Shown: positions 49,226 through 58,324 of the stretch, one piece after another
Position numbering within the stretch: the first letter of the stretch is position 1
Layout: the number at the start of each line of letters is the position of its first letter
DNA from: an uncultured bacterium
Lineage (GTDB): Bacteria; Zhuqueibacterota; QNDG01; DSAB01
DNA length: 64,000 bases
Direction of reading: 5' to 3'
NCBI GenBank assembly: GCA_964537715.1
Contig: CAZIAH010000002.1
Coordinates: 536 to 64,535, forward strand
Program-made: the position numbers and the translations under genes
The notes under the pieces: model-generated
Database searches by the model: none
Told to the model about the DNA's origin: nothing
The model's input: the letters and a program-made list of their open reading frames with translations, nothing else

Positions 49226-49672
49226 ATTGTCTTTTTAAAAGAAATAAGAATAATTTGCAATAAATTGAGCATTTAAGATAATACTTTCATTATGTAATCC
49301 CTTGTGAAACGAGCTAATAAATGTTTGGCGTGTTATATTTGATCTACGCTCTGAGAAGGTTGAGAGTCAAACAGGTTATAATCTGATTAAAGGAGAGAGT
49401 CCATCTTTACATCTATCGTTTTTTCTCGGATAAATGTTTGTCCAGTGTCACAAGTGACCTATTGTAAGTATCATATAATGAATGTCTTATAATGACTGTA
49501 TATAACCTCCAGTGTTTTTTTAAATTTTATTTGCCTGTGTTTATTGTGTCAGTCATGTTTGAACCAGTATCTTTCAAAAGCGCTTTTTTAGCAACTGATT
49601 ATATTTAATTAAAATGGCTATAACGGCAAAAATTTCCTGCCTATTAAGTATATGATGTATTTATATAAAATG

Positions 49673-49687
49673 GCAAATTATATGCCA
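49673..49687 (-). promoter_or_regulatory. Putative sigma-54 promoter facing the yfiR operon
   Basis: Minus strand TGGCATATAATTTGC, close to consensus. The site is quasi-palindromic and also fits on the + strand (49671-49685). Confidence 0.5.
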
Positions 49688-49815
49688 ATTTTAAATAGAG
49701 TTTTCTTAAGGATAAAATGGTGATTGCACGTTTCCAATCCCGGGTAGGGTGGATTTTTTGTTGTTGGATTTCTGAATGGATTAAAATTTTTAACCGAGAA
49801 ACAATGAGATGTTTT

Positions 49816-49830
49816 TGGCATAATTTCTGC
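49816..49830 (+). promoter_or_regulatory. Putative sigma-54 promoter upstream of porV
   Basis: TGGCATAATTTCTGC with GG-N10-GC spacing. Confidence 0.45.
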
Positions 49831-49863
49831 CAGTTATTTTCTCCGGTGGTTCAAAACAATCAA

Positions 49864-49905
49864 TTGAAAAAAGAACTTGACATTTCAGTAATGATTTAAT
49901 ACATT
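49864..49905 (+). promoter_or_regulatory. Sigma-70-type promoter upstream of the porV leader
   Basis: TTGAAAAAAGAACTTGACATT, identical to the tRNA-Asn upstream sequence, followed by an AT-rich -10 region. Confidence 0.55.
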
Positions 49906-50035
49906 TATAACTCGTACAGAAAGTTTTTAAGGAGAGTGCCTATAGAAGTTCGTTAAAGGTCTGGTGGATTTTAGTTATACTGTTTCTGCAGAAAAAAAAG
50001 TTGTATTCCGCTTGCCTTTACGGACTTATATCCAG

Positions 50036-50090
50036 ACCGAATGTTCATGGTCCGTGTGTTTTTCTGCAGGACATGAGAATTCGGTTTTTT
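50036..50090 (+). terminator. Terminator-like hairpin within the porV 5' leader
   Basis: CCGAATGTTCATGGTCC (50037-50053) pairs with GGACATGAGAATTCGG (50069-50084); T6 follows, 21 nt before the start codon. Confidence 0.6.
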
Positions 50091-50111
50091 ATTTATATTT
50101 TGGAGGATAAA

Positions 50112-51170
50112 ATGAAGAAATTATTCATGATTCTGATGATCACAGCCCTTGGATTGATGTTTTCGTCCTCGGCATTTGCTGTGAGTGAATCGGCGGTACT
50201 CTTTCTGCTGATTTCTCCCGGAGCCAGAGCCGCGGGAATGGGTGAGGCTTTCGTGGCAGTGGCGGATGATGCCACGGCGATACACTGGAATCCTGCAGGG
50301 CTTGCATTCCAGAGAGGCGGAGAGGTCACTCTTATGCACTGTAAATGGCTGCCCGGACTGGTCGACGATATGTACTATGAATTCGGATCGTTTCGTCAGT
50401 ATTTCGAAAGTCTTGGAGGAACCGTCGGTGCCAACGTCACCTACCTCAATATGGGCGAACAGGTCTGGATGAGTGAAAATAACGAAGAGCAGGGACGTTT
50501 TGTCAGTTACGATTTCGCTGTGACTCTGGGATATGCTACCCAGCTAAATGATAATCTGGGTCTTGGTGTGAATATGCGGTTTATCCAGAGTCTGCTGGCT
50601 CCAGACTGGGTTCAGGTGGGTGAGGAAAAGGGGGGTGGAAAAGGAAATGCCTTTGCCGTGGATGTAGGGATGCTGTACAAATTTTCTTTTCCCAAAGGAC
50701 TCTCATTCGGTGCCGCCATTTCCAATATGGGGCCGAAAATTACCTATGTGGATCAGGCGCAGGCAGATCCCATTCCGACTAATCTGAAAGTCGGATTTGC
50801 GTACCGGTTGCTGGACACAGAATACAATCGCTTTTTATTAGCTGTGGATACGAACAAACTGTTGGTGGTACGGCATAAAGACGGCACGTCAGATCCTTTT
50901 TACAAGGCACTTTTTACTTCCTGGACGGATGGATCTTTGAGTGACCAGGCGAAGCGGCTGATCAGTTCTGTGGGTTGTGAATATGTTTATAATAATATGA
51001 TTTTTCTGCGGGCCGGTTATTATTATGATGAAGAAGGAAAAGTGAAATTTCCCGCTTTCGGCGCAGGGCTGCAGTATTCAAAGTATCGTTTCGATTTTGC
51101 CTATGTGGCGGCAGAACAGGGACATCCGCTTGCAGATACCATGCGGTTTTCTTTGACTATCGGTTTTTAA
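50112..51170 (+). CDS. porV: PorV family outer-membrane protein (T9SS shuttle)
   Basis: RBS GGAGG before ATG 50112 (track start 50001); AVSESAVLFLLISPGARAAGMGEAFVAVADDATAIHWNPAGL; C-terminal RFSLTIGF. Confidence 0.88.
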   Translation: MKKLFMILMITALGLMFSSSAFAVSESAVLFLLISPGARAAGMGEAFVAVADDATAIHWNPAGLAFQRGGEVTLMHCKWLPGLVDDMYYEFGSFRQYFESLGGTVGANVTYLNMGEQVWMSENNEEQGRFVSYDFAVTLGYATQLNDNLGLGVNMRFIQSLLAPDWVQVGEEKGGGKGNAFAVDVGMLYKFSFPKGLSFGAAISNMGPKITYVDQAQADPIPTNLKVGFAYRLLDTEYNRFLLAVDTNKLLVVRHKDGTSDPFYKALFTSWTDGSLSDQAKRLISSVGCEYVYNNMIFLRAGYYYDEEGKVKFPAFGAGLQYSKYRFDFAYVAAEQGHPLADTMRFSLTIGF

Positions 51171-51213
51171 ATGTGGCGGATTTTGTAGACTGATGTTGTA
51201 ACTTGTTTTGAAG

Positions 51214-51248
51214 AATACCCCACTCGGTTCTGTGGGGTATTTTATTTA
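51214..51248 (+). terminator. Stem-loop with T-tract after porV
   Basis: AATACCCCAC-tcggttct-GTGGGGTATT then TTATTT. Confidence 0.75.
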
Positions 51249-51262
51249 TCTGTGGAGTCTTC

Positions 51263-54200
51263 ATGAAAAAAGTTTTATTTTGTGTTTTGCTTTTTCTGGT
51301 TCATCTGATTTTTTCATTTGCTTCCATGGCCAAACCTTTTCAGATTCGGCAGGGGAAATCGGTTGTTTCAAGACGCAATCTTCTTGAACATTCCAGGATC
51401 ACTTTTCAGAACGGAATAGGGTTTTTCAAACCGGAGACTGCGGCACCATCCATTCCGGATACAGTCCGTGTTCTGGCATTGATGGCAGAATTCCAATCGG
51501 ATGAAAATAATAAAACCACGGGAGACGGCACATTTGATCTATCCTCTTCGGACGATCCCGTAATCGATCCACCCCCGCACGATGCCTCCTATTTTCAGAA
51601 TCAACTGGCAGCTTTATCCAGTTACTATCTGTCTGCAAGCCGGGGCAAATTGATCGTGGAAGGCCAGGTTTTTCCGACGACGTTAACGCTTTTGGATGAA
51701 ATGGGAAGATACAATCCCAATACATCGGAAGAAGCTACGGATCAGGGATTGGCCGAACTGTTTCGAGACGTCATTCATCTGGCCGATGCTGCCGGCGTTT
51801 CGTTCTCTGCGTACGATTGTTTTATCGTTTTTCATGCGGGTGTCGGGAAAGATATCGATCTGGGTTTCGATTTTACGCCCCAGGACATTCCGTCGGCATT
51901 CCTGAATCTGGATTATCTGAGAACCCATTTGGCCGAAGGCGATCCGGATTATCCGGGTATTCCGGTCGAGGGCGGGAATGATTTTGTTCAGGAAGGGATT
52001 GTTCTGCCCGAAACCGAAAATCAGGATGGATATGAATTCGGAATGTTAGGGATCATTGTTCAGAAATTCGCGTTTCAGATTGGTTTGCCTGCGTTGTGGA
52101 ATACCGAGAGCGGACGTTCAGGCATCGGCCGATGGGGATTGATGGATCAGGGATCGGGCAATTTCAGCGGATTGATCCCCGCCGAGCCGTGCGCGTTCAG
52201 CAAGTTCCTGATGAGTTGGGAAGTGCCTGTGGATGTGCTGTCCGGGGACAGTTTGCAGGTGGCCTGTTCGAAAGCCGTTGGAAATCGGATTTACCGGATT
52301 CCGATCAACGATCATGAATATTTTCTCCTAGAGAACCGCATGCACGATGCGAATGGAGACAGTGTGGCAGTGGGTTGGGACAGCGGAGGCGATTCGGTGA
52401 TTTTTCGCTCGGATGGTACAATCGAAATGTCGAAACCCGCTGTCATCATCGGAGTGGATGAATATGACTACGGGCTGCCTGGTTCCGGGATTCTCATCTG
52501 GCATGTGGACGAGAATGTGGTTCTCGAAAATATTTTGACGAATCGGATCAACAACGATCCTTCACACCGTGGCGTCGATCTCGAAGAAGCGGACGGGGCC
52601 CAGGATATCGGGGAATCGTACAGTTATCTGAGTGGGGGGTATGGTTCGGAATTGGGTGTGCTGCACGACGCCTGGTTCAAAGACAACGAATACAATCTCT
52701 TAGCAAACAATGCAAAAGAGGTAACTTTTGCCCCAAACACCTATCCGGACAGCCGGGCCTATTCCGGGGCAAATTCCCATCTCGTCATTTCGGACTTCAC
52801 GGAAATCGATACTGTCATGGCTTTTTCCGTCAAGAATGATTTATTGCGAAAAGGATTTCCCGTAGATTTTGGGCAGGGACAAACACCTTTCGCGCCCCTT
52901 TTCGGCGACCTGAATGGAGATCAGAAAACGGAAGTGGTGATTATCACAGAGGAAGGGAAAATATTTGTTTGGCAACAGGATGGAAGTCCTTTGATTGAGA
53001 CGGATGCAACAGGATACCGTCTTCAGGTCACGAGTGATACAACATGGTTTCCCGTTGCTCTGCTGGCCGATCTCGGGAAAAAAGTGGTCTGCCCTCCGGT
53101 TTTGTGCGATCTGGATCAGGACGGAAGGGACGAAATTTTTGCTGCCATTTCCGGCGGAGATGTTGAGGTATGTGAAATCGAAGCGAATGAAGTGGTCGTG
53201 ACACCGATTTTTATCGACACGGATAATGAGGTGGTGACCCTAACTTGTATTCACGGACATTTGTTTGCCGGCACCCGAACGGGAGAAATTGCTACCGCAA
53301 CTTTTCTGAGATCGTTTTGGCCCGTTTATCCATTGAATAATGGAACCATCACAGGGCTCTGCCAGTTCGGTTCAGATGAAGCAGGATTGGTGGTTGCCAC
53401 CACTGAAAACGGACAAATCGCTTTACTCGAACTAAATGGCCAGGTTGTCTGGCAGAAAACCTTGCCCGAAGCAAAAATTTCTACAGTGACGAGTGCGTGG
53501 CTCGATTCGAATTCGCCTTCGATTATGGTGACTTCGGAAACGGGTGAAGGATGGGTATTGGACGGTCAGGGAAACCAGATCGCGCGGTTCGGAGAGAATC
53601 AAAACGATCCAGAAGAAAAACATTCGGCCATCGGCGATGTCGATGGGGACGGGTTTATGGAAATCGTTAGGATGGCGAACGGTCAGGTTGGTTGTTTCAA
53701 TCACAACGGCAGTCCGGCCAACTATTTCCCGATTCCGAATTATTCACAGAAGATTTCTCTGTCCTCTCCGATTCTGGGAGATGTGGACGGTGACGGAAGT
53801 GTGGATATTTTGACGGCTTCGTCGGAAGGAGAAGTTCTGGTGTACAGCGCAAAGGGGCGGGTTCCGGAAGGATTCCCGGTCAGCCATGGGGGATCGAAAG
53901 TCTTGTCTCCCGTTTTGTTCGATCTGGACGGCGACGGGCATACGGAACTGGCCGCTGTTTCCGAAAAGGGCTATCTTTATGTATGGGATCTGACCAGTTC
54001 TTACGATCCGGTAACTGTTCCCTGGCCTGCCGAATGTCACGACCCGGCCCGAACGGGAATGAATCCGCAGCAATTGAACTGTCCACAGCCTCATGGGGAG
54101 TGGATGCCTGACCGTCTGGTTTACAACTATCCCAATCCAAACGAGGGCAACGAAACGACGATCCGTTATTATCTTGAATATCCGGCGAAAGTTCATATTA

Positions 54201-54382
54201 AAATTTTTAATTTAGCCGGAGAATTTATCGATGAATTCGATGGTCCTGGAACCGGGCAAACCGACAACGAAATCCTCTGGGATTTGACCGATGTGGACAG
54301 CGGGGTCTATTTCTGTCAGGTTAAGGCCGAGGGAAATCTGGGAGAAAAGACCGTCACGATCAAGATTGCGGTGGTGAAATAG
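51263..54382 (+). CDS. M6/InhA-like metalloprotease homologue lacking zinc ligands, with FG-GAP repeats and CTD
   Basis: VRVLALMAEF...YDCFIVFHAGVG...GIGRWGLMDQG...EYFLLENR...GILIWHVDE...LEEADG; zinc-site position reads QKFAFQIGLPAL; GDLNGD/GDVDGDG repeats; VYNYPNP CTD. Confidence 0.8.
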   Translation: MKKVLFCVLLFLVHLIFSFASMAKPFQIRQGKSVVSRRNLLEHSRITFQNGIGFFKPETAAPSIPDTVRVLALMAEFQSDENNKTTGDGTFDLSSSDDPVIDPPPHDASYFQNQLAALSSYYLSASRGKLIVEGQVFPTTLTLLDEMGRYNPNTSEEATDQGLAELFRDVIHLADAAGVSFSAYDCFIVFHAGVGKDIDLGFDFTPQDIPSAFLNLDYLRTHLAEGDPDYPGIPVEGGNDFVQEGIVLPETENQDGYEFGMLGIIVQKFAFQIGLPALWNTESGRSGIGRWGLMDQGSGNFSGLIPAEPCAFSKFLMSWEVPVDVLSGDSLQVACSKAVGNRIYRIPINDHEYFLLENRMHDANGDSVAVGWDSGGDSVIFRSDGTIEMSKPAVIIGVDEYDYGLPGSGILIWHVDENVVLENILTNRINNDPSHRGVDLEEADGAQDIGESYSYLSGGYGSELGVLHDAWFKDNEYNLLANNAKEVTFAPNTYPDSRAYSGANSHLVISDFTEIDTVMAFSVKNDLLRKGFPVDFGQGQTPFAPLFGDLNGDQKTEVVIITEEGKIFVWQQDGSPLIETDATGYRLQVTSDTTWFPVALLADLGKKVVCPPVLCDLDQDGRDEIFAAISGGDVEVCEIEANEVVVTPIFIDTDNEVVTLTCIHGHLFAGTRTGEIATATFLRSFWPVYPLNNGTITGLCQFGSDEAGLVVATTENGQIALLELNGQVVWQKTLPEAKISTVTSAWLDSNSPSIMVTSETGEGWVLDGQGNQIARFGENQNDPEEKHSAIGDVDGDGFMEIVRMANGQVGCFNHNGSPANYFPIPNYSQKISLSSPILGDVDGDGSVDILTASSEGEVLVYSAKGRVPEGFPVSHGGSKVLSPVLFDLDGDGHTELAAVSEKGYLYVWDLTSSYDPVTVPWPAECHDPARTGMNPQQLNCPQPHGEWMPDRLVYNYPNPNEGNETTIRYYLEYPAKVHIKIFNLAGEFIDEFDGPGTGQTDNEILWDLTDVDSGVYFCQVKAEGNLGEKTVTIKIAVVK

Positions 54383-54399
54383 GAATCAGTTATAAGATG

Positions 54400-54434
54400 G
54401 TCATTCATGGTTCGACTGTCTTACCGTGAATGAC
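54400..54434 (+). other. Intergenic 12-bp stem-loop
   Basis: GTCATTCATGGT / ACCGTGAATGAC; no U-tract. Confidence 0.5.
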
Positions 54435-54467
54435 TTCAAGAGAATTCTGTAGAAAGGAAATATCTGT

Positions 54468-57428
54468 TTGAAAATAAGGCTGGTTTTACTTTTTCTATTA
54501 ATCATTTGGATCGGTACGGTTTCCGGGCAGCTCCAGGAGTACAATCATCCCGAATTGAAATGGCAAACCATCGAGACGGAACATTTTTACGTTCACTTTC
54601 ATCAGGGCACCGAACAGACAGCGGCGATTGTGGCCAAGATCGCCGAAGATATCTATCAGCCGATTGTTGATCTCTATAATTATACCCCTGACGGCAAAAT
54701 CCATTTTATCATTCGAGATCACGACGACGAATCCAACGGTGCGGCATTTTATTATGACAACAAGGTGGAGGTGTGGGCTCCGCCGATGAATTTTTTGCTC
54801 AGAGGAACGCACAATTGGTTGCGCAATGTGGTGACGCATGAGTTCACGCACATGATTTCTCTGGGCGCTATCCGCAAAATCCCCCGCCAGATCCCGGCCA
54901 TTTATTTTCAATGGATCGGTTATGAGGAGGAGAGACGGTCCGATGTTATCCACGGTTATCCCAATACGCTCGTTTCGGTCCCCTTCCCGGGCACGATTGT
55001 TCCTCTCTGGATAGCCGAGGGGATGGCCCAGTTTCAGCGTGAGGGACTGCACTATGATATCTGGGACACCCATCGCGACATGATTCTCCGTACGGCCGTA
55101 CTTGGCAACACACTCGCTTCGATATCCGAAATGGGCATTGGAGGAAAGGACCATCTGGGTTACGAGCGGGACATTTACAATCAGGGGTATGCACTGGTGC
55201 AGTATATGGCAGACCGTTACGGCGAAGGGGTTCTCACCAAGTTGACCCACAGTATGAAATCCCTTCTGCGAATTCAATTTTCCGACGCCTGTAAAAATGT
55301 CCTCGGTAAAAGTGACCGTGATCTTTACAATGAATGGAAAACGTGGCTCGTTCAATCGTACCGCCGGAGCACGGAGGAAATCGAACGCCATTTATACCAG
55401 GGGAATTTGATCGAGAAAGAGGGGTTGGCCAATTTCTTTCCGGTCTGGTCGCCGGACGGGGAAAGCATTGCCTATGTTTCAAACCGGGGGAAAGATTATA
55501 TTTCGCAGAGCCAGGTCTGGCTGATCAATTTAAAAACGGGTCAAAAACGCCACATCACAAGCGGTGTCACTTCCTCGATCTCCTGGTCGCCCGACGGAAA
55601 CCGGCTGGTCTACGCGAAGAGAAAAGCGCGAACCCGGCAGGGGTCACATTACTATGATCTGTATACGTACGATCTTGAAAAGAAAAAGGAAAAACGGCTC
55701 ACACGGTTTTTGCGAGCACGGCAGCCCGACTGGTCCGAAGACGGCAAACTTGTCTGTGTGATCGAATCGGACGGGACGTCGAATCTGGTGGTTCTGAATG
55801 AAGACGGGAAACAGATCAAACAGATTACTTCCTTTCAACAGAGCGAGCAGATCTTTACGCCGCACTGGATGAAAGACGGACGAATCGTGTTCGATATGGC
55901 TCAAGAAAAACACGGTCGAGACATCGCTGTGATCGATTCGACCGGCTCCCACTTTCAGATTCTTATCCAAACCCGTCATGATACGAGAGATCCGTATCCC
56001 GATCCAAAAGAGAAAGCGCTTTACTTCAGTTCCGATACCACCGGCATATTCAATGTGTATCGATACGATTTTGTTACCGAAGAAACAACCCAGCTCACCA
56101 ATGTCGTCGGCGGCGCTTTCATGCCTGCCGTTAATTCCGATGGCAAACTGGTCTATTCCGATTTTCAATCGGACGGTTACAAAATCGCCCTGCTCGATTC
56201 GTTCCGTGTGATCGAGCCATCCGGAACAATCTATCACTCTCCCTATGAAAAAATGAGAAACACAAACCGGCATTGGAATATTGCTCAATTCGACGATAAA
56301 AATCCTCCCCGATACGATTCGCATCCGTACAAACCGATTTATTCGAAACTTTCCTTTTTCCCCCGCATCATGGTCGATTATCCGAAGAAGCTCAAGGTGG
56401 GCACCTATTTTTACGGAAGCGATTTTTTGGATAAAATTTTTCTCTTCGGTGGGTTTGCACTAAATGGTGAATTCGATACCGATGCATTCGGTATTTTTGA
56501 ATACAGGCGATTCTATCCTACCTTTTTTATCGAACTTTACCATATCATGCGCAATAAATCATTTGTGGATCCGGATGCAGATTATAAGGTGCGGTACAAT
56601 CTCATGGAAGCCGATTTGGGCGCCGACTGGAAAATCGACGATACCAACACACTGCGCACCGCGTTTGTATACAGTCAATACGGGTATATGGGAAAAGGCA
56701 CCTACATGGGTGTGTTCAACAAGTTTTCTTCCACCTATCACAGGGGTAGCGTGGCTCAGTTGAAATGGACTCACCAGGCAGTCGGACGGTCCCAGTTTTC
56801 TCAAATTGCGCCGCCGGGAGGCAGGAAAATCGATTTCAAGATAGAACGGGCTTGGCAGAATTATGCCGTGGATTTTGATGTCAATATGGAATACGGCACA
56901 CTTGTGGATGTTTATAAAAAATATAGTTACGATCAATTTGAGTTAGACTGGCGGGAATATGTGTCCTTACCCTGGCTCGATCATACGCTCGCCCTTCGTT
57001 TAAAAGCGGGTCTCATCGATCAGCCTGTCGAGAGTTTTTATTATCTTTTCGGCGGTGGTCTTGATGGTCTGAAGGGGTATCCGTATTACAGCATCGAAGG
57101 TCGGAAACTGGCGCAATTGACGCTTGCCTACCGGTTTCCGATTTGGAGAAAGATGGGACTGCGTTTTCTGTTCTTCAATTTTGATAATCTCTATTTATCG
57201 GTCTACGGAGAAACAGGAAACGGATGGAACCGGGATAAACTCGATTTTTCCAACTGGAAAAACGATGTCGGCGTGCAGGTCAGATTGAGCCTTTTTAATT
57301 TTTATGCTTATCCGATGTGTCTTTTTTTCGATGCATCCTACGGACTTGATCAATTTACGCATGAGAATCAGGTTTACGGAAAATCGTGGCGTACTTATTT
57401 TGGCGTTCTTTTTGATTTTTTGGATTAA
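54468..57428 (+). CDS. Peptidase MA-like (HExxH) domain, TolB-like propeller and Omp85-type barrel fusion
   Basis: TTG start, signal peptide; VVTHEFTHMI, WIAEGMAQF; WSPDG repeats; C-terminal strands with GGLDGLKGY, DVGVQVRL, YFGVLFDFLD. Confidence 0.8.
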   Translation: MKIRLVLLFLLIIWIGTVSGQLQEYNHPELKWQTIETEHFYVHFHQGTEQTAAIVAKIAEDIYQPIVDLYNYTPDGKIHFIIRDHDDESNGAAFYYDNKVEVWAPPMNFLLRGTHNWLRNVVTHEFTHMISLGAIRKIPRQIPAIYFQWIGYEEERRSDVIHGYPNTLVSVPFPGTIVPLWIAEGMAQFQREGLHYDIWDTHRDMILRTAVLGNTLASISEMGIGGKDHLGYERDIYNQGYALVQYMADRYGEGVLTKLTHSMKSLLRIQFSDACKNVLGKSDRDLYNEWKTWLVQSYRRSTEEIERHLYQGNLIEKEGLANFFPVWSPDGESIAYVSNRGKDYISQSQVWLINLKTGQKRHITSGVTSSISWSPDGNRLVYAKRKARTRQGSHYYDLYTYDLEKKKEKRLTRFLRARQPDWSEDGKLVCVIESDGTSNLVVLNEDGKQIKQITSFQQSEQIFTPHWMKDGRIVFDMAQEKHGRDIAVIDSTGSHFQILIQTRHDTRDPYPDPKEKALYFSSDTTGIFNVYRYDFVTEETTQLTNVVGGAFMPAVNSDGKLVYSDFQSDGYKIALLDSFRVIEPSGTIYHSPYEKMRNTNRHWNIAQFDDKNPPRYDSHPYKPIYSKLSFFPRIMVDYPKKLKVGTYFYGSDFLDKIFLFGGFALNGEFDTDAFGIFEYRRFYPTFFIELYHIMRNKSFVDPDADYKVRYNLMEADLGADWKIDDTNTLRTAFVYSQYGYMGKGTYMGVFNKFSSTYHRGSVAQLKWTHQAVGRSQFSQIAPPGGRKIDFKIERAWQNYAVDFDVNMEYGTLVDVYKKYSYDQFELDWREYVSLPWLDHTLALRLKAGLIDQPVESFYYLFGGGLDGLKGYPYYSIEGRKLAQLTLAYRFPIWRKMGLRFLFFNFDNLYLSVYGETGNGWNRDKLDFSNWKNDVGVQVRLSLFNFYAYPMCLFFDASYGLDQFTHENQVYGKSWRTYFGVLFDFLD

Positions 57429-57470
57429 ACGGTCTTACAATAATTGTCAACCATCATAACGGAGGTTTCC

Positions 57471-58229
57471 ATGAGAACGACGGTCTGTTGTACAGTCTTG
57501 CTGCTGATTTTTTCTTTCACTGTCTTCGGACAGGTTCCGATCGATACGGAAAGCTGGGATCGCTCCGTGGAACTGCGGTCGTATTTTTGCATGAATCAGG
57601 AGGAGAATTCAAACGTGCCGGAATCGGCCGCGTCTGTTCACGGAAGAAAAAATCCTGCCGTGGGGATTCTGCTTTCGGCGGTCGTTCCGGGAGCCGGGGA
57701 AATCTATTCAGGTTCATGGATCAAGGGCGCCATTTTCCTCGGCATCGAAACCGGACTGTGGATTTATTACGTTCAATTTGAGAATAAAGGTAAAGACTGG
57801 GAAGATATTTTTCACGCGTACGCGGATGAACATTGGAACGAGGAGACATGGATATCTTGGAAAACACAATTGGGTGAAGATCCATATGAAGGAACACACA
57901 CGCTCCCTTCGACGAAGACGCAGCAATATTATGAAATGATCGGGAAGTACGACCAATTCATGGAGGGATGGGACGATTGGGTACAGGGAGGACCAAGTCT
58001 CACGCCGCATCGGGATCATTACGAGACGCTGCGGGACAACAGCAACAAAGAATTGATCAAAGCATCCTACTGTGCGATGATTGCTCTGGCCAACCACGTC
58101 ATTTCCGCATTCGATGCGTCCTGGTCTGTCAGACGACATAATCGGAAAATCGAGAGTAAAACCAGAATTGGGCTGCAGAAAGTGCACGATGAGTATGTGC
58201 CGATGCTTAGCATGGATTTAAGTTGGTAG
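57471..58229 (+). CDS. Exported hypothetical protein (DUF5683-like), paralogue 1
   Basis: RBS GGAGG before ATG 57471; signal peptide; KNPAVGILLSAVVPGAGEIYSG; ANHVISAFDA. Confidence 0.7.
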   Translation: MRTTVCCTVLLLIFSFTVFGQVPIDTESWDRSVELRSYFCMNQEENSNVPESAASVHGRKNPAVGILLSAVVPGAGEIYSGSWIKGAIFLGIETGLWIYYVQFENKGKDWEDIFHAYADEHWNEETWISWKTQLGEDPYEGTHTLPSTKTQQYYEMIGKYDQFMEGWDDWVQGGPSLTPHRDHYETLRDNSNKELIKASYCAMIALANHVISAFDASWSVRRHNRKIESKTRIGLQKVHDEYVPMLSMDLSW

Positions 58230-58324
58230 TTATCAATATTGATCAATGGAATTTATCCTTCAGGATTTTAGACAATGAAAGGCTGAAGCCTGAATTCCAT
58301 TTAAAATGTCTATTCGGAGTGTTA

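Noticed and set aside
49226-49460. Possible TonB-receptor remnant upstream of yfiR (minus-strand DYNLFD)
   Set aside because: Only a six-residue match amid stops; insufficient.
49936-49956. Six-codon leader peptide GTG-PIEVR in the porV leader
   Set aside because: The Shine-Dalgarno is only 1 nt from the GTG and there are no regulatory codon runs.
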